DNA from: Octopus sinensis
Lineage: Eukaryota
Direction: 5' to 3'
DNA length: 64,000 bases
Assembly: GCF_006345805.1 (NCBI RefSeq)
Contig: NW_021833451.1
Coordinates: 7,098-71,097, forward strand
Position 1 is the stretch's first letter. Each line of letters starts with the position of its first letter. The notes beneath the pieces are model-generated. The model worked only from the letters and a program-made list of their open reading frames with translations. It was not told the origin of the DNA and did not search any database. This document shows positions 61,904-64,000 of the stretch, one piece after another. A program made the translations under genes and the position numbers.

Positions 61904-63109
61904 CAGTCCGACCCCCAAATGGGGCACCAAGTGCCCCAAAATGCGGGGGTGCCCCAAAAACAGGGGTTTGTTATTTTTTTAAAAATTAAACCATTAATAA
62001 ACATCAAAAAACATTTTTACTAAAATATTCAGTTATTTTCTTTTTATTTGTAGAGTTTTGTCTGATATTGTTCGTCAATTTCAGCCGAAAATCAAAAAAA
62101 TCTCGGAGCATACTTGGTGCAACATTAGAAATTTTTTCTTCTAAATTGTTAAGCAGATCTTTTGTTTTTGCTACGACATTTTCACTATTTTCGGTTTCTG
62201 AATATGTATCATAAACATTATTGTTCATGTCTTCGCATTCTCCATCAATTGTTTTGTTAACAACTTGATCTAAATGTTCATCTGTTAGACAGTTCTTTCT
62301 TTCCCTTGTTTATAACCAAAACACGGTTCGCCTTGTTCAACAAATGATTTTTGAGGAGTTCTTTTTATAAAAAGCGCAGTTTCATCACAATTAAATATAT
62401 TCTCAGGTCCATATTTTAATACTTTCTGGTCATATTTTTCAAAATAATTTTTCACATAAGATAAATCACATGAAGCTTTTTCACCACATATTGACTTGAA
62501 TTGAAGTTCATGCCGCAATTTAAATCTATCAAGCCACCCATTGGAAGCTTTAAAAGAAGTAAATCCAATTTTTGAAGCTGTAACTAAGGCAATTTTTTTC
62601 AAAATAGGGCCTGAAATCGGAATTTTATCTACGCGTAGTCTTTGAAATATTTCAAAGACTTGATCATCAAATTTATCTTTATCGGCTTTAAATGTGTCAT
62701 ATTCCTCAGAAATAGTATTGCCGTGTTGCAAGAAAGGTACAATATTTCGTTTTATTCTTGATATTGTTCCTTTACTTGTGTTGTACTTTTTCATTAGTTG
62801 CCTCTCAGATAAATTTTTCTTCAAAATTTCTTTAGCAATCTTCAATTTAGTTTCGTAATCCATAACCACAACAATAAAAATATAAATTGAAAATAAAACA
62901 AAAAATAATTAATTTATTATAATTTTATTTTATTTTTAATTCCTTATAAATGATTTTATGGTGCCCCAAAAATTCCATAATTTTTTATCGATTTTTACTT
63001 TTTTTCTGCCAAAATGTACTTTTGGAATAAAGTGCCCCAAATTGCGGGGGTGCCCCAAAATCCGAGGGTGCCCCACCCCTGGGGTCTGCCCCATTTTGGG
63101 GTCGGACTG
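61904..63109 (-). mobile_element. Internally deleted pogo/Tigger transposon
   Basis: About 23-bp TIRs cagtccgacccc(c)aaa(a)tggggca with TA on both sides. ORF 62285-62869 has CENP-B HTH motifs (PISGPILK, ASNGWLDRFKLRH) and NIFNCDETAL. Confidence 0.93.
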
Positions 63110-63476
63110 TATTTTTCTTTGCCAGACTCAGTCATTTTGTAGAGTTAGTTAAAACCTCTTTTCCGTAGTCCTTGAAGGGTTTCGTATGAGCCATGCTTAG
63201 AGTCATCCTCCCCGCCATCTTGTTTCTGGCCCTCATTCAAACATCATTCGGATCTTCCGCCGTCACCAGTTTACCGCCGATTGTTGCGTAATCTTTTCAA
63301 AGTATGATGTAAGCATGTTCCTTGGCCGCCCTCGATACTCGTGACTTCCGAAGTGGAATTATTAAACTATTATATTGTTACGTAGCGTAATAAGGGTCTA
63401 TCTAAGATTATGCCTAAATAGTTGTCATCTCAATGAAATAACGTCCATGCTGATTGATTCGTCCATCCATCTAGAA

Positions 63477-63556
63477 CAGGGGTGCGCAAGTGCGGCCGCG
63501 AGTCGATGAATGTGCGGCCGTGGGCACAATTAGGTCATCGAGCAACTAATCTTAAA
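63477..63556 (+). mobile_element. Left end of a Buster/Charlie-type hAT element
   Basis: atctagaa (NTCTAGAN target) followed by caggggtgcgcaagtgcggccgc. Confidence 0.6.
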
Positions 63557-63558
63557 TA

Positions 63559-64000
63559 CAGTGAAACCTCTCGAATCCGCTGCTTCTCGAATCCGCTTGT
63601 TTTAATCAAAAATTTGAAATTTCCTATGAATGATTCTTGAATCCGCTTGTTTCTCGAATCCGCTCCTCAAGTATTATGAAAAATAATTTTTTTATCTAAT
63701 TGTAAGTTAAATTAATTAACATTTTAAAATTCTTATTACACGTTAAATTGTATTTTTGTGATGCGTCGCTGTGTTAGACTTTCTATCAACGAAAAAATTT
63801 CTATACTACGTTGTATTTCTGACAACCCATTCGTTTCTGCACCTCAAATTTCCAAGATTTTTTCTTCACGGTTAAAAAAGAAAATTTCTCCGAAAACTAT
63901 AAACGACCTTAAATCAAAATCGGACCTTTTGAATAGGACTGACATAAAAAAATTAAACATAATGAGAATTCCAAAACTCAAATTTAATGAAATTGATGTA
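63559..64000 (+). mobile_element. Left end of a pogo/Tigger-like element running off the window
   Basis: TA|cagtgaaacctctcgaatccgc with four subterminal gaatccgc repeats. Confidence 0.6.

Overview
Eukaryotic nuclear DNA, AT-rich, and about half transposon debris. Conserved host genes can be rebuilt by hand only if very short spliceosomal introns are assumed (about 22-30 nt, GT-AG plus three GC-AG). They are CTDNEP1, an SLC22 transporter, METTL1 (two copies), AASDH, a short talin-like FERM protein, RFC2, a CD225/dispanin protein, an ODF3-like protein, ANKMY2 and an ABI-like SH3 protein. Gene content (talin, ABI, cilium-associated genes) plus tiny introns suggests a compact ciliated metazoan, for example a dicyemid mesozoan; this is inference only. 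Mobile DNA includes hAT, Helitron, pogo/Tigger, IS630/Tc1, intron-containing Ginger-like integrases, and CRE-, R4-, RTE- and I/Jockey-type non-LTR fragments. A 4.6 kb METTL1-containing segment occurs twice (13.6-18.2 kb and 33.5-38.2 kb); the first copy lies between about 970 bp direct repeats. Homopolymer indels, even in RFC2, suggest residual long-read errors, so frameshift-based pseudogene calls are provisional. All exon structures and family calls come from manual translation and motif recall, not database searches.
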